A stretch of 64,000 bases of DNA from a bacterium (GCA_018830565.1 JAHJRX010000079.1:1899-65898); one strand, 5' to 3'; positions 19,147 to 29,647 are shown, numbered from the stretch's first letter. Program-made: numbers and translations. The notes: generated from the sequence alone by a model not told the origin.

Positions 19147-20399
19147 TTTACCTTTTCTTCAATTTGAAACAGTTCTTTTAGAGTTTTTAAATATACATAG
19201 CCGTCTCCAGAACTTATTGCTTCTTTAATCTTACTCATAGGCAAAGCTAAAATCTTATTAGATATAGATTTTATATGTTTTTCTCTACTTTTTTCATCTA
19301 AAAATGTCTGGATCTTTAGTAATTCTCTTCGACAAATTTCTTCAATCTTCTTCTTTATTTCATGGATTAAAGGGACAAATTCCAAAGATCGATACCAGGA
19401 AATAATTTCTGGCAATTCTTGGTTAATGATCTTTTCTGCTGCCTTTACTTTTTTTGATCTTGCTCTTTTATTAGCTTCTACCACCACTTTTAAATCATCA
19501 AGGTTGTATAAAATAAGACTTTCTAAAGAATTTACCTCAGGTTCTATATTTCGGGGAAGACCAATATCGATTAAGAAGATAATCTTATTTTTCCGTCTCT
19601 TTAAAATATCCTTAATATGATCCATCTTAATTACATAGTGGGGAGAGTTAGTAGAAGTAATGACAATATCTACTAAAGGTATGTTTTTATATAATTGGTC
19701 AAAGCTGACCGCTCTTCCTTTGAATTTTTCTGCTAATTCTGTAGCTTTCTTTAAATCTCTATTGACTACCAATAATTGTTTTATGCCATTATCTACTAAA
19801 TGTTTAATTAAAAGCTCCCCCATCTTTCCGGTGCCTATAATCATTACTTTTTTATCATTTAAATCATTAAAGATCCTTTTAGCTAACTCCACGGCGGCAT
19901 AGCTTATCGAAATAGCTCCTTCTCCAATAGTAGTATCTGTTCTAATCTTTTTAGCAATACTTAAAACTTTTTGAAATAAAATGTTAAAGATAAAAGCCGT
20001 TGTCTTGTTTTCTAAAGCTATTTGATAAGCTTCTTTAACTTGTCCTAAAATTTGTTGTTCTCCTAAAACCATAGAATCAAGACCACTAGCTACTTTTATT
20101 AAATGTTCCATGGCTTCTTTATCTTTCTTTTCCCATAGATATAGCTTTAATTCTTCTATCTTGACCTGGTGATAATTACTTATAAATTTTTCTAGAGTCT
20201 CTTTTCCACCCATTAAATTATCGGTAACAATATATATTTCAGTTCGATTACAGGTGGAAAGAATAACACATTCTTTTATTTCTTTAGCTTCTTTTAAGGC
20301 AGTTAAAGCTAGGGGGAGGGCTTCTTTTCTAAAAAACACTTTTTCTCTAAACTCAATAGGTGTTTTATGGTAGCTTATCCCTAATGTTATAATCTTCAT
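19143..20399 (-). CDS. hemA: Glutamyl-tRNA reductase
   Basis: 418 aa. MKIITLGISYHKTPIEFREKV...; NADPH-binding GTGKMG; dimerisation tail. Confidence 0.9.
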   Translation of the reverse strand: MKIITLGISYHKTPIEFREKVFFRKEALPLALTALKEAKEIKECVILSTCNRTEIYIVTDNLMGGKETLEKFISNYHQVKIEELKLYLWEKKDKEAMEHLIKVASGLDSMVLGEQQILGQVKEAYQIALENKTTAFIFNILFQKVLSIAKKIRTDTTIGEGAISISYAAVELAKRIFNDLNDKKVMIIGTGKMGELLIKHLVDNGIKQLLVVNRDLKKATELAEKFKGRAVSFDQLYKNIPLVDIVITSTNSPHYVIKMDHIKDILKRRKNKIIFLIDIGLPRNIEPEVNSLESLILYNLDDLKVVVEANKRARSKKVKAAEKIINQELPEIISWYRSLEFVPLIHEIKKKIEEICRRELLKIQTFLDEKSREKHIKSISNKILALPMSKIKEAISSGDGYVYLKTLKELFQIEEKVK

Positions 20400-20737
20400 C
20401 TTATTATCTCTATAGCCAAATCTAATTTTAAAAAAATTCTGTTAAGAAAAATTAACATAACTACAATTCTTTCGTCAAGACAAAAAAAAGGTGGGAAGAA
20501 TATAAGATGAGGAATCATTAGAAGAATAAAATAAACTTTGATTTTTTAGAAATTATGTTATAATTAATTATCAGCTTAGTTTATTTAAGGACTGAACATT
20601 TGACATTGATTTGGCATTTGGATTATACCTTTGAACTTAAGCCTCTTAGCTTAAGAAAACCTTTGATTTAACTGGTTTATATCAAAATTAGCCAAAGTTC
20701 CGTCAGTAGATCTTAATTTATGAGTTACATTTGTTAA

Positions 20738-21946
20738 ATGATAGAAAATTTCTTTCAGATTATCCAGACTATCAATCATAATTGCACTAAGACTCTTGAG
20801 GAGTATATTCCCAAGTTAAAAGAAAAGGTAGAAAAATTAGCCTTTTTAAAGAAGATTGAAAGAACTGTCTTTTTAACTTCTGATTTAACTTTACTTTGTA
20901 ATTTAATACTTCAAGTGGCTTTAGAAATATTAAAAGCCAGATCAGGAATGGTGATTTTATTAGATCCTGATTCTTCCCAGTGGGTGATAAATAGTCTTAT
21001 TGGAGGTGAAAGTAAAGAAGTTAAAAGTGAAAAAGGTGAAAGTGAAGAAGTTAGGATTAAGAAAGTTATTCCTACTAAAAATACTATTTCTGGTTGGGCC
21101 ATAAAGAAGAAAGAATCAGTCTTGGTTCATGATATTAAGACAGATATTAGATTTCAAGATCTAGAGAGATTAACTTATGAAAATGGTTCCTTTGTTTATG
21201 TTCCTTTAATGATTAAGCATGAAGTGATAGGCTTGCTTTGGTTTGGAAATAAGATAGCTAATGAGCTATTTTCAATTAACGAATTAATTTCTTTAAATAT
21301 TTTAGCTAATGAAGCTGCTATCTCTATTAAGCACATTCAATTATATCAAGAATTAGAAAGATCTTATCTTTCCATTATTCAAGGTTTAGCCTTAGCTATT
21401 GATGCTCGAGATTCCCATACCCATGGGCATTCAGCCCAAGTAGCTCGTTTAGCTAAGTTGATTGCAATCAAATTAAATCTTGATCCGATGGAAATAGATA
21501 AGATTTATAATGCTAGCTTACTCCATGATTTAGGAAAAGTAGGGATTAGCGATGAAATTTTAAAGAGAAAAGGTAGTTTAAACTTAGAAGAAGATCATCT
21601 TATTAAAATGCATCCAGTTGTTGGAAAACAGATCCTTTTTCCCATAAAAAGCCTAAGACCTCTTATCCCTTATGTTTACCATCATCATGAATGGTATGAT
21701 GGTAGTGGTTATCCAGAGGGACTAAGTGGTGAAAAAATTCCTCTGGGGGCAAGAATTATTGCTGTAGCAGATAGTTTTGCAGCTATGGCTTCAAGAAGAC
21801 CTCGATACTTTCATGGAAAGAGTCTATCTTCGGAAGAAGCTTTATTAGAACTTAAGAAAGGTAAAGAGATTCAATACGATCCTAAAATCGTGGAAGTGTT
21901 TGAAGAAGTTCTCTATGAGGAAAAACTGCTGACTGCTGATAGCTGA
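20738..21946 (+). CDS. GAF-domain HD-GYP c-di-GMP phosphodiesterase
   Basis: 402 aa. GAF region then HD-GYP motifs HTHGHS...LLHDLGK...HHHEWYDGSGYP. Confidence 0.85.
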   Translation: MIENFFQIIQTINHNCTKTLEEYIPKLKEKVEKLAFLKKIERTVFLTSDLTLLCNLILQVALEILKARSGMVILLDPDSSQWVINSLIGGESKEVKSEKGESEEVRIKKVIPTKNTISGWAIKKKESVLVHDIKTDIRFQDLERLTYENGSFVYVPLMIKHEVIGLLWFGNKIANELFSINELISLNILANEAAISIKHIQLYQELERSYLSIIQGLALAIDARDSHTHGHSAQVARLAKLIAIKLNLDPMEIDKIYNASLLHDLGKVGISDEILKRKGSLNLEEDHLIKMHPVVGKQILFPIKSLRPLIPYVYHHHEWYDGSGYPEGLSGEKIPLGARIIAVADSFAAMASRRPRYFHGKSLSSEEALLELKKGKEIQYDPKIVEVFEEVLYEEKLLTADS

Positions 21947-21982
21947 AGGCTTATAAATTTAAGGCTTATAGATTTAAAGACC

Positions 21983-23407
21983 ATGATTAGAAAAAGAACA
22001 GAAAGAAGTTTACAGGATAAAATAGTTCATTTTATTAAGATAAAATGGATCTTTCTCTTGTTTTTAACTTTGGTAGTTACTTTATTTCTCATTAAAGAGC
22101 CGAGTTTTTATTTATTACTTTCTTTAGGAGTGATTTCTTTTTTGGTGTTATTTCATCTTACTTATAGCTTATATGCTAAGAGAGATCAGGTATTTCCTAA
22201 CTTTCTCGTGGTAGTCTTGGATATTTTAAGTTTAAACATAATTATCTTTTTAAATAAAGAGTCTATCTTAGGGTTTGCTCCTTATCTATGCTCTTTATTG
22301 ATTATAGAAGATTGGATTCTCAGGAACCAGAAAGGATCTTTCTTTTTAACTACTTTTTTTTCGATCCTCTATCTCTTGATAGCTTCTTTTTCTCTTGAGG
22401 GACCAGGGCTAAGATATTATGAGCTAAGATATTATGAAGTAATCCCTCAGGTAGGATTTTTATACCTAGTAAGTTTCTTATTGTGGTATTTGAGTAAACA
22501 AAAAGAGATGGTCTTGCAAGAAAAAAATGCTTTAATCGATAATTTATACCACCTTAATAAAGCTTTAGCTAAAGATAAAGATGAAATTGAGACTTATAAC
22601 CAGAGCTTAGAAGAGCGTTTAAAATCTCAATCAATAATGATTAATCAAGCTACTTTAAAAGATGAAAAAAGGGAGATCGTAGGAGTAATTGAAGCATTTA
22701 ATGATATTTCAAAATTTAAAGAGATGGACGAAGTAGACGCAGAGACTAATTCCTTGTTATTTCACGAATTAAAAACTTCTTTAACCATCATAAAAGGTTA
22801 CGCCGTTATCTTATTAAGTGAAAAGTTAGGAAAGATTACCCAAGCTCAAAGAAATAGATTAACTAAGATTGAACAACAAGTAAATAGTTTGAATAATATG
22901 TCCAATAATTTATTAGAACTGCCTAAAATTGGTCTAGATAAAATAAGTTTAGAGAAAGTTTCTTTAAGCAAAATAATTAGAGAAACAGTGGATATCTTTA
23001 AAGAGGAATTTAAGAAGAAGGAACTTGATTTCAAATTAAAAGAAGATCAAGATTCTTATTGCATCTTAGGAGATGAACCTAGTTTAGAGAGGGTATTTGT
23101 TAATTTAATCGATAATGCTATTAAATACACTCCTTTTAAGGGAAAGATAAGGTTAGAATTAAAAGGCGGGGAAGATGAGATTAAAGTTTATCTTACTAAT
23201 ACTGGTCTAGGTATTTTGCCAGAAGAGTTGCCTAAAGTCTTTGATAAATTTTTTCGTTCTTCATTAGTTTCTAAAGATAAGAAAGGTATCGGTTTAGGAT
23301 TAAATATCGTCAAGAAAATTTTAGATCTTCACCAAGCTCTGATTGAAGTTTCGAGTGAAGTAAATAAAAGTAGCCAATTTTGTCTTAGATTTAAAAGGTT
23401 AGGGTAA
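21983..23407 (+). CDS. Sensor histidine kinase (multi-TM sensor, HisKA + HATPase_c)
   Basis: 474 aa. Five or six N-terminal TM helices; H-box HELKTSLTIIKGY; N/G boxes DNAIKYT...GIGLGLNIVKK. Confidence 0.8.
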   Translation: MIRKRTERSLQDKIVHFIKIKWIFLLFLTLVVTLFLIKEPSFYLLLSLGVISFLVLFHLTYSLYAKRDQVFPNFLVVVLDILSLNIIIFLNKESILGFAPYLCSLLIIEDWILRNQKGSFFLTTFFSILYLLIASFSLEGPGLRYYELRYYEVIPQVGFLYLVSFLLWYLSKQKEMVLQEKNALIDNLYHLNKALAKDKDEIETYNQSLEERLKSQSIMINQATLKDEKREIVGVIEAFNDISKFKEMDEVDAETNSLLFHELKTSLTIIKGYAVILLSEKLGKITQAQRNRLTKIEQQVNSLNNMSNNLLELPKIGLDKISLEKVSLSKIIRETVDIFKEEFKKKELDFKLKEDQDSYCILGDEPSLERVFVNLIDNAIKYTPFKGKIRLELKGGEDEIKVYLTNTGLGILPEELPKVFDKFFRSSLVSKDKKGIGLGLNIVKKILDLHQALIEVSSEVNKSSQFCLRFKRLG

Positions 23408-23435
23408 AGTGGTGATTTATTTAAAGAGGAAAGTT

Positions 23436-23813
23436 ATGAAGAAGATTTTGATAGTCGAAGACGATCCAGACATCATTGATATTTTAAAAGTAACTTTAGA
23501 AGGTAAATATAAAATATTAGAGGCTTGCAATGGGATAAAAGCAGTCAATATGGTTTACGAACAAAATCCTGACTTAGTAATTTTAGATATTAATCTGCCA
23601 GAAATGAATGGTTACCAAGTATGCAGGTTATTGAAAGAAGACAAGAATTATCAATCTTTACCCGTTCTCATCTTAACTTCTAAAAGTCAAAAGAGAGATC
23701 GTTTTTGGGGAATGGAAGCTGGTGCAGATAAATATATTACTAAACCTTTTAATCCTGAGGAAGTATTGGATTGCATAGAAGAATTATTAATCAAGAAAGG
23801 TAAGTTTAGATGA
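23436..23813 (+). CDS. Single-domain response regulator (CheY-like receiver)
   Basis: KILIVEDDPDIIDILK...LVILDINLPEMNGYQVCRLLK...LILTSK. Start taken at ATG 23436 (RBS agagga 7 nt upstream); the ORF track starts at GTG 23409. Confidence 0.8.
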   Translation: MKKILIVEDDPDIIDILKVTLEGKYKILEACNGIKAVNMVYEQNPDLVILDINLPEMNGYQVCRLLKEDKNYQSLPVLILTSKSQKRDRFWGMEAGADKYITKPFNPEEVLDCIEELLIKKGKFR

Positions 23814-23908
23814 GTGGGATTATCAAAAGAAGACAAGAATTATCAATCTTTACCCAACGAAGTATTAGACTGTCTAGAAGAATTATTAATCAAGAAAGGT
23901 AAGTTTAG
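23814..23908 (+). repeat. Internally deleted duplicate of the response-regulator 3' end, between its stop and the next gene's start
   Basis: 23819-23855 resembles 23633-23666 (gaagacaagaattatcaatctttaccc). 23856-23911 resembles 23757-23813 (gaagtattRgaYtgYMtagaagaattattaatcaagaaaggtaagtttagatgagtg). Confidence 0.8.
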
Positions 23909-25822
23909 ATGAGTGATGGTTTATTAACTAAAGAAACACTTGAGGTTGAATTATTAAAGAAGAAAGTAAAAGGACTTTCTTTAATTGTGGAAATTATTAA
24001 AGATATTAACTCTACCTTAGATCTGGAATCACTTCTTAAAAAGATTATCGAAGGAGCTACTTTCATTTTAAATTCAGAAATTGGTTCGCTAATGTTATTT
24101 AATCAAGAGTTTAATTGCCTTACCATTAAGGTAGCCAAAGGATTAAGTAAAAAAGTGATCCAGGAAACAAGAATCAAAGTTGGGGAGAGTTTGTCAGGTT
24201 GGGTCTTTAAGCATGGGAAACCTTTATTAATCTCAGATATTGAAAAGGATAGCAGGTTTGCTAAAGAGAGCAGTGAAAAGTATTATAATAAATCTTTTAT
24301 TGGCACTCCCCTCATTGTCAAGGATAAGGTTATGGGGGTAATCAATATTAATAATAAGATTTCTAAAGATGTTTTTGTGGTGGATGATCTTTGGTTATTA
24401 GAGACTTTTGCTAGCGAAGTAGCCATAGCTATGGATAATTCTAAGTTATATGAAGAAACAAAGAAAAGAGTAGAAGAATTATCTAATATGACTAAAGAAC
24501 TTGCCGCCAGTAAGTTGGTTGTTTCTAAAGTTAATCTGCTTTTAGACAAGAAGCTTTATGATTTAACGCTCATTAATAAGATTAATAAAGTCGTAAATCC
24601 AGCTTCTCGGCATAAGGATGTGGTAATTGCGGTAGTTAAGGTAATAAACGAAATTATTGATTACCATATTCTTTCTTTTCTTTTAATAAATGAAGAAGAG
24701 GAGGGGGAATTATTCATAGATTCTCCCTACTCGTTAGATCAAGGATGCCTTAAAGAGATTAAGACCCAAGTTATAGAAAAGTATAATAATTTTTCAGATA
24801 GATTAGAGTTTAAAGAAAGTAAGGTCAAGGAAGTCTTTTTAAATTCTATGTTAGTAGAAACAAGCCAGGTAAGCAATGCTGAGATTGCTTCCATTTTATT
24901 CTTACCTATCAAGACAGCTAATAAAGTAGTGGGCCTGATCTTTCTGGGGCAATTTAAAAGAAAAGCCTTTAGCAAAGAAGATCTTCGACTTTTAACTTTG
25001 ATCCGAGATCACTTAATGATAATTTTAGAAAATTCTCTGCTTTATGAAAAATTAGAGAAGCTATCTATTACTGATGGATTAACTAAGTTGGCTGTTCATA
25101 GACACTTTCAAGAAGCCTTGATTAATGAGCTAAAAAATGCAGCCGTGGATTCTCATCTTGTTTCATTATTTATGATTGATATTGATTATTTTAAAGAATA
25201 TAACGATCGGTATGGGCATCCTACCGGAGATATTGTCTTGCGGGAAATTGCTCAAATCTTGTTAGAAACTACTCGAGTTACCGATATTGTGGCTAGATAT
25301 GGTGGAGAAGAATTTGGAGTTATTTTGCCCTGGACAAATAAAGAAGAAGCTATTGTTTTAGGGAAAAGGATTGTTAAGAAGGTAGAAAGCTATAAATTTC
25401 CTAAAGAAAGTAATCAAAAAGGAAAGAGGATTACGGTAAGTATTGGATTAGCCACGTATCCTGATGATGCTTTAACTAATGTTGTTTTAATCGAGGAAGC
25501 AGATAAAGCTTTATACCAGGCTAAAAAGGAAGGTAAGAATCAAATTTGTTTTTGTAAAGATTTAATTATCGAGTATGTTCATAAACTACCTATTAAAGCT
25601 AAAAAAGTAGTGGTGCTCGGTGATTTTAATAATTGGTCGAAAGATAAACATTTCTTAGAAAATATTGGTGAATCGAAGTGGAGGATTAAGATTAAACTCT
25701 TTCCTGGCAGCTATAGGTATAAATTTTTAATCAATGAGACTATTTGGCTTTCTGATTCACAAGCTACTGAATATATAGAAGATGATACCGAAGAAAAAGT
25801 TTCTCTTTTGGTGGTGAAATAA
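23909..25822 (+). CDS. GAF-GAF-GGDEF diguanylate cyclase with C-terminal CBM48 (AMPK-beta-like glycogen-binding) domain
   Basis: 637 aa. GGDEF core RYGGEEFGVILP. C-terminal VVVLGDFNNWSKDKHFL...WRIKIKLFPGSYRYKFLINETIWLSD matches the CBM48/AMPK1_CBM consensus (GSFNNWSK...GxYxYKFxVDGxW). Confidence 0.8.
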   Translation: MSDGLLTKETLEVELLKKKVKGLSLIVEIIKDINSTLDLESLLKKIIEGATFILNSEIGSLMLFNQEFNCLTIKVAKGLSKKVIQETRIKVGESLSGWVFKHGKPLLISDIEKDSRFAKESSEKYYNKSFIGTPLIVKDKVMGVININNKISKDVFVVDDLWLLETFASEVAIAMDNSKLYEETKKRVEELSNMTKELAASKLVVSKVNLLLDKKLYDLTLINKINKVVNPASRHKDVVIAVVKVINEIIDYHILSFLLINEEEEGELFIDSPYSLDQGCLKEIKTQVIEKYNNFSDRLEFKESKVKEVFLNSMLVETSQVSNAEIASILFLPIKTANKVVGLIFLGQFKRKAFSKEDLRLLTLIRDHLMIILENSLLYEKLEKLSITDGLTKLAVHRHFQEALINELKNAAVDSHLVSLFMIDIDYFKEYNDRYGHPTGDIVLREIAQILLETTRVTDIVARYGGEEFGVILPWTNKEEAIVLGKRIVKKVESYKFPKESNQKGKRITVSIGLATYPDDALTNVVLIEEADKALYQAKKEGKNQICFCKDLIIEYVHKLPIKAKKVVVLGDFNNWSKDKHFLENIGESKWRIKIKLFPGSYRYKFLINETIWLSDSQATEYIEDDTEEKVSLLVVK

Positions 25823-25824
25823 AG

Positions 25825-27630
25825 ATGAAGTTTACTTCTAAGATTCGGAATTTTGCTATTGTGGCTCACATTGATCATGGTAAATCAACTTTAGCTGATA
25901 GGTTGATTGAAGATACCAATACTTTAGGAAAGCAAAAAGTAGAAAAAGATCAAATCTTAGACAATATGGATTTAGAGAGAGAACGAGGAATTACCATAAA
26001 AGCTCATCCCATAAAGCTATCTTACCAAGTTGAAGCTGGTCAAGGCGAAACTTATATCTTAAATTTAATTGATACTCCTGGTCATGTTGATTTTACTTAT
26101 GAAGTTTCTCGAAGCTTAGTAGCTACTGAGGGAATAATATTGTTAATTGATGCTTCTCAAGGAGTAGAAGCTCAAACCTTGGCTCACGCCAACTTAGCTA
26201 AATCCTTATTTAAAAAGATTATTCCTTGTATCAACAAGATAGATCTACCTAATGCTAATTTAGATTCTACCCTACACCAGATTGAAAAAGCGCTAAACTT
26301 AGATCCTGATGAAACTATCTTAGTCAGCGCTAAAGAAGGGATAGGAATTAAAGATTTATTAGAAGCTATTATTAAGAAAATTCCCCCACCCCAAGGAAAT
26401 AAAAATGAACCTCTTCAAGCTTTGGTATTTGACTCCTGGTTTGATCCTTATAAAGGAGTAATAATCTACCTTAGAGTAGTCAATGGTTTGATTAAAACAG
26501 GAGATCAAATTATCTTGATGTCTAATCATAAAAGCTACATAGTTACCGAAGTAGGAGTATTAACTTTAGGTTTACACCCTAAGGAGAAATTAGAAGCAGG
26601 AGAAGTAGGCTATATCTTTGCTGGAATTAAGGATATAGAAGATGTGAACATGGGAGAGACGATTACTTTAAAGAGTAATCCTGCTTTACAATCTCTACCG
26701 GGTTATAAAAAAGAAAAACCAATGGTCTTTTGTAGTTTTTATCCTATAAATTCTTCTGATTATTCAAAATTAGGCGAGGCTTTTAAAAAATTAAGACTTA
26801 ATGATGCTTCTTTTACTTACGAAGGAGAATCTTCTAATGCTTTAGGATTTGGATTTAAGTGTGGGTTTTTGGGAGTTTTACATAAAGAGATTATTCAAGA
26901 AAGGATAGAAAGAGAGTATAACATTGAGTCAATTCTTACTTCTCCTAATGTCTTGTATCAGATAACCAAAAAAGATCATAGTGTCATTGAAGTTAGTAAT
27001 CCGGCTTTATTTCCTAATCCTGGTGAAGTCTTAAAAATGGAAGAGCCTTATATTTTAGCCACCATTATTACTCCTTCTGACCATATTGGTCCTTTGATAG
27101 ATTTACTTAATAGTCGAAGAGGTAAGCAAAAATCTTTTGTCAGCTTAGATGACAAGAGAGTAATCCTTGCTTACGAGTTACCCTTAGCTGAAGTCATTAT
27201 AGATTTTTACGATAAGTTAAAATCCTTGAGTCATGGTTATGCTTCTTTTGACTATGAACATATTGGCTATCGGGAAAGCAAGTTAGTTAAATTAGAGATT
27301 TTAATCTTAGGCGAGGTCATAGATGCTCTTTCCCTGGTAGTTTTTCACGAGAAAGCCCAGACCACAGGAAGAAGTATAGTCGAAAGACTACGCGGGATAA
27401 TTCCTCGTCAGAATTTTGTTCTCCCTATTCAAGCAGCGATAGGTAGTAAAATTATTGCCCGAGAAACTATACCTGCCTTTCGTAAGGATGTAATAGCAAA
27501 ATGTTACGGAGGGGACATTACCAGAAAGAGAAAGCTATTAGAGAAACAAAAATTAGGGAAAAAGAGATTGAAGCAAGTAGGAAAAGTAGCTATTCCTCAA
27601 GAAGCCTTTCAAGCGATCTTGAAGATTTAA
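25825..27630 (+). CDS. lepA: Elongation factor 4 (LepA)
   Basis: 601 aa. NFAIVAHIDHGKSTLADRL... GTPase plus LepA C-terminal domain. Confidence 0.95.
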   Translation: MKFTSKIRNFAIVAHIDHGKSTLADRLIEDTNTLGKQKVEKDQILDNMDLERERGITIKAHPIKLSYQVEAGQGETYILNLIDTPGHVDFTYEVSRSLVATEGIILLIDASQGVEAQTLAHANLAKSLFKKIIPCINKIDLPNANLDSTLHQIEKALNLDPDETILVSAKEGIGIKDLLEAIIKKIPPPQGNKNEPLQALVFDSWFDPYKGVIIYLRVVNGLIKTGDQIILMSNHKSYIVTEVGVLTLGLHPKEKLEAGEVGYIFAGIKDIEDVNMGETITLKSNPALQSLPGYKKEKPMVFCSFYPINSSDYSKLGEAFKKLRLNDASFTYEGESSNALGFGFKCGFLGVLHKEIIQERIEREYNIESILTSPNVLYQITKKDHSVIEVSNPALFPNPGEVLKMEEPYILATIITPSDHIGPLIDLLNSRRGKQKSFVSLDDKRVILAYELPLAEVIIDFYDKLKSLSHGYASFDYEHIGYRESKLVKLEILILGEVIDALSLVVFHEKAQTTGRSIVERLRGIIPRQNFVLPIQAAIGSKIIARETIPAFRKDVIAKCYGGDITRKRKLLEKQKLGKKRLKQVGKVAIPQEAFQAILKI

Positions 27631-27634
27631 AGAA

Positions 27635-29647
27635 ATGAATTACTTGGTCATTTTTTTCGCGGTTATTATTTTTTTCTCTTCAAATTTATGGGCAGAGGAA
27701 AAGGTAATTATTGAACAGGCAGAAGAGTTAAGTTTTGAGGGTAAAGAAGAAAAAAGAGTGATCAATCTTACCGGTAATGTTAAACTTCTTCACGAAAAGA
27801 CTACCTTGCAAGCCCAATCAGTCCAGTTTTTTCCACACCTGAAAAGATTAATTGCTGAAAAAGAAGTATCCTTAAAGGATGAAGATCAGGAAGTTTTTGG
27901 GGATACTTTAAGCTTAAATCTAGATAACTATCAAGGTCAAATGATCAATATCTCTTCTTATCATCAGCCTACTTTTTATAAAGGAAAGGTAGCCCATATT
28001 AAAGCTAAAAATCACTATGAGATTGAAGAAGGGGACTCAACTACTTGTCGATGTGAACAACCTCATTATACCATGGAAGCAGAAAGTATTGATTTAAAGA
28101 TTAAAGATAGAGTTTTAGCTAAGCATATCTTTCTTAAGGTAGGGGGGACACCTATATTTTATCTTCCTTTTTGGTGGTCTTCTTTAGAAGACAAGCATAC
28201 TCATTTGAGTGTTAAGCCTGGCTATAGCCAGATAAATGGCTGGACAACCTCAGTTAAGTATGGTTATTATTTAAATAAGCTAAATTCAGGTTTGTTGTTA
28301 TTGGATTATTATGAGTTAAGGGGTTGTGGTTGGGGAATTAATCATGGGTATAACTTTAAAGATCAAGGTAAAGGAAGATTGAATTTTTATTACCTCAAAG
28401 AAAGAAAAGAAGATTTAAAGATTAAAAAGAGGTGGAATTTATCTAATTATTACTACCAAACTTTTCCTAATGATTTGACCTTGGTCTCTAATCTTAATTA
28501 CATTAGTGATAAGTCTTTTAGTAAAGACTATCTGGAAAGTATGGATGGTTTTATAAATGAAATTACCTCAAGTATTTCCTTAACCAGGACCAGGCCAGCT
28601 TATACCCTTAGAGGTACTTATGACCGATATGATCTTTTAGATAGAGACAAAGACGAGATGATCAAGAAGAAAGAAAAATTGCCCGAGATCACTTTTGATA
28701 CTAAAAAGTTAGAAATTAAGAGAAGTGGTTACTACTATAAAGTTTTTACTCAATTAGGAAGAACATATCAAGATCGATATTATCGTAATTTCTGGGAAGG
28801 AAGAGTAGAGTTTCTTAAAAGTTACTCTTTGAGAAGATATAAGATAGGCAAGTGGCTTTCTTTTTCTCCTTGTTTGGGAATAGAAGGGGATTGGAAAGAT
28901 CAGGAGAGTGTTTATCAAGAGGATCCTTATTTTAATGCTCATTATTATACTAATCTTTCCCTGCCCATAAATTTTTATTCTGGAAAAATTAGAGTTATTC
29001 CTCAATATAGTTATAAAAGAAGTTTAAAAGATTTGAAGAGCAAAGAAAATGAAGTAAAGTTAAATTATCTTCATCCCCTGAGAAAGGGTATAAGTTTTAA
29101 TACTACTTTTGGATATAACTTTTTAAAGAAGGAATATAATAATTTAATTTCTCAATTAACCCTAAAAAAGCAAGAGATTAAATTAAGAGATGGCTTAAAC
29201 TTAAAAGAAGTTAGTTTTATTTTAAATAAAAATTATAGTTTAAAAAACCAGAAGATAGAGAGTATTGAGGGTTCTTTAACTTGTAATCTTGAAAAAAACA
29301 AGAAAGACTACTATCTATCTCTGGCTAATAGCTATGTGCCTGAAGTTACCTGGCAACTTAAGAGTAAGTTTTCTACCAACTTTATTAAATATTTACCATT
29401 AAGTATAGCTATTTGGTATGATTTAAAAAGACAAGAACTTCAACAAGGGGAAATAATCTTAAAGAGAGATCTTCATTGCTTGGAGTCAGAGTTAAATATT
29501 CAAAGATATAAGACTTATGGAAGTAAGCCATGGGAGACAAAAGTTTTATATAAGATTAACTTAAAAGAATTTAAGAGATTACAGTCGAGTATTTTTCAAG
29601 GTGGAAATGTAGGAAGTTTTGGCTGGGGAGATATTTTTACCAACTAA
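27635..29647 (+). CDS. lptD: LPS-assembly outer-membrane protein LptD (OstA) homologue
   Basis: 670 aa. Signal peptide, N-terminal OstA-like beta-jellyroll (NLTGNVKLLHEKTTLQAQSVQFF), and a long aromatic-rich beta-barrel region. Confidence 0.65.
   Translation: MNYLVIFFAVIIFFSSNLWAEEKVIIEQAEELSFEGKEEKRVINLTGNVKLLHEKTTLQAQSVQFFPHLKRLIAEKEVSLKDEDQEVFGDTLSLNLDNYQGQMINISSYHQPTFYKGKVAHIKAKNHYEIEEGDSTTCRCEQPHYTMEAESIDLKIKDRVLAKHIFLKVGGTPIFYLPFWWSSLEDKHTHLSVKPGYSQINGWTTSVKYGYYLNKLNSGLLLLDYYELRGCGWGINHGYNFKDQGKGRLNFYYLKERKEDLKIKKRWNLSNYYYQTFPNDLTLVSNLNYISDKSFSKDYLESMDGFINEITSSISLTRTRPAYTLRGTYDRYDLLDRDKDEMIKKKEKLPEITFDTKKLEIKRSGYYYKVFTQLGRTYQDRYYRNFWEGRVEFLKSYSLRRYKIGKWLSFSPCLGIEGDWKDQESVYQEDPYFNAHYYTNLSLPINFYSGKIRVIPQYSYKRSLKDLKSKENEVKLNYLHPLRKGISFNTTFGYNFLKKEYNNLISQLTLKKQEIKLRDGLNLKEVSFILNKNYSLKNQKIESIEGSLTCNLEKNKKDYYLSLANSYVPEVTWQLKSKFSTNFIKYLPLSIAIWYDLKRQELQQGEIILKRDLHCLESELNIQRYKTYGSKPWETKVLYKINLKEFKRLQSSIFQGGNVGSFGWGDIFTN

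Noticed and set aside
20560-20640. Sigma-54 (-24/-12) promoter candidates upstream of the HD-GYP gene and of 12897, given rpoN in the window
   Set aside because: TGGCAT...TTAT and TGGACA...CCTG lack the GC at -12 and the correct spacing. Not supportable.
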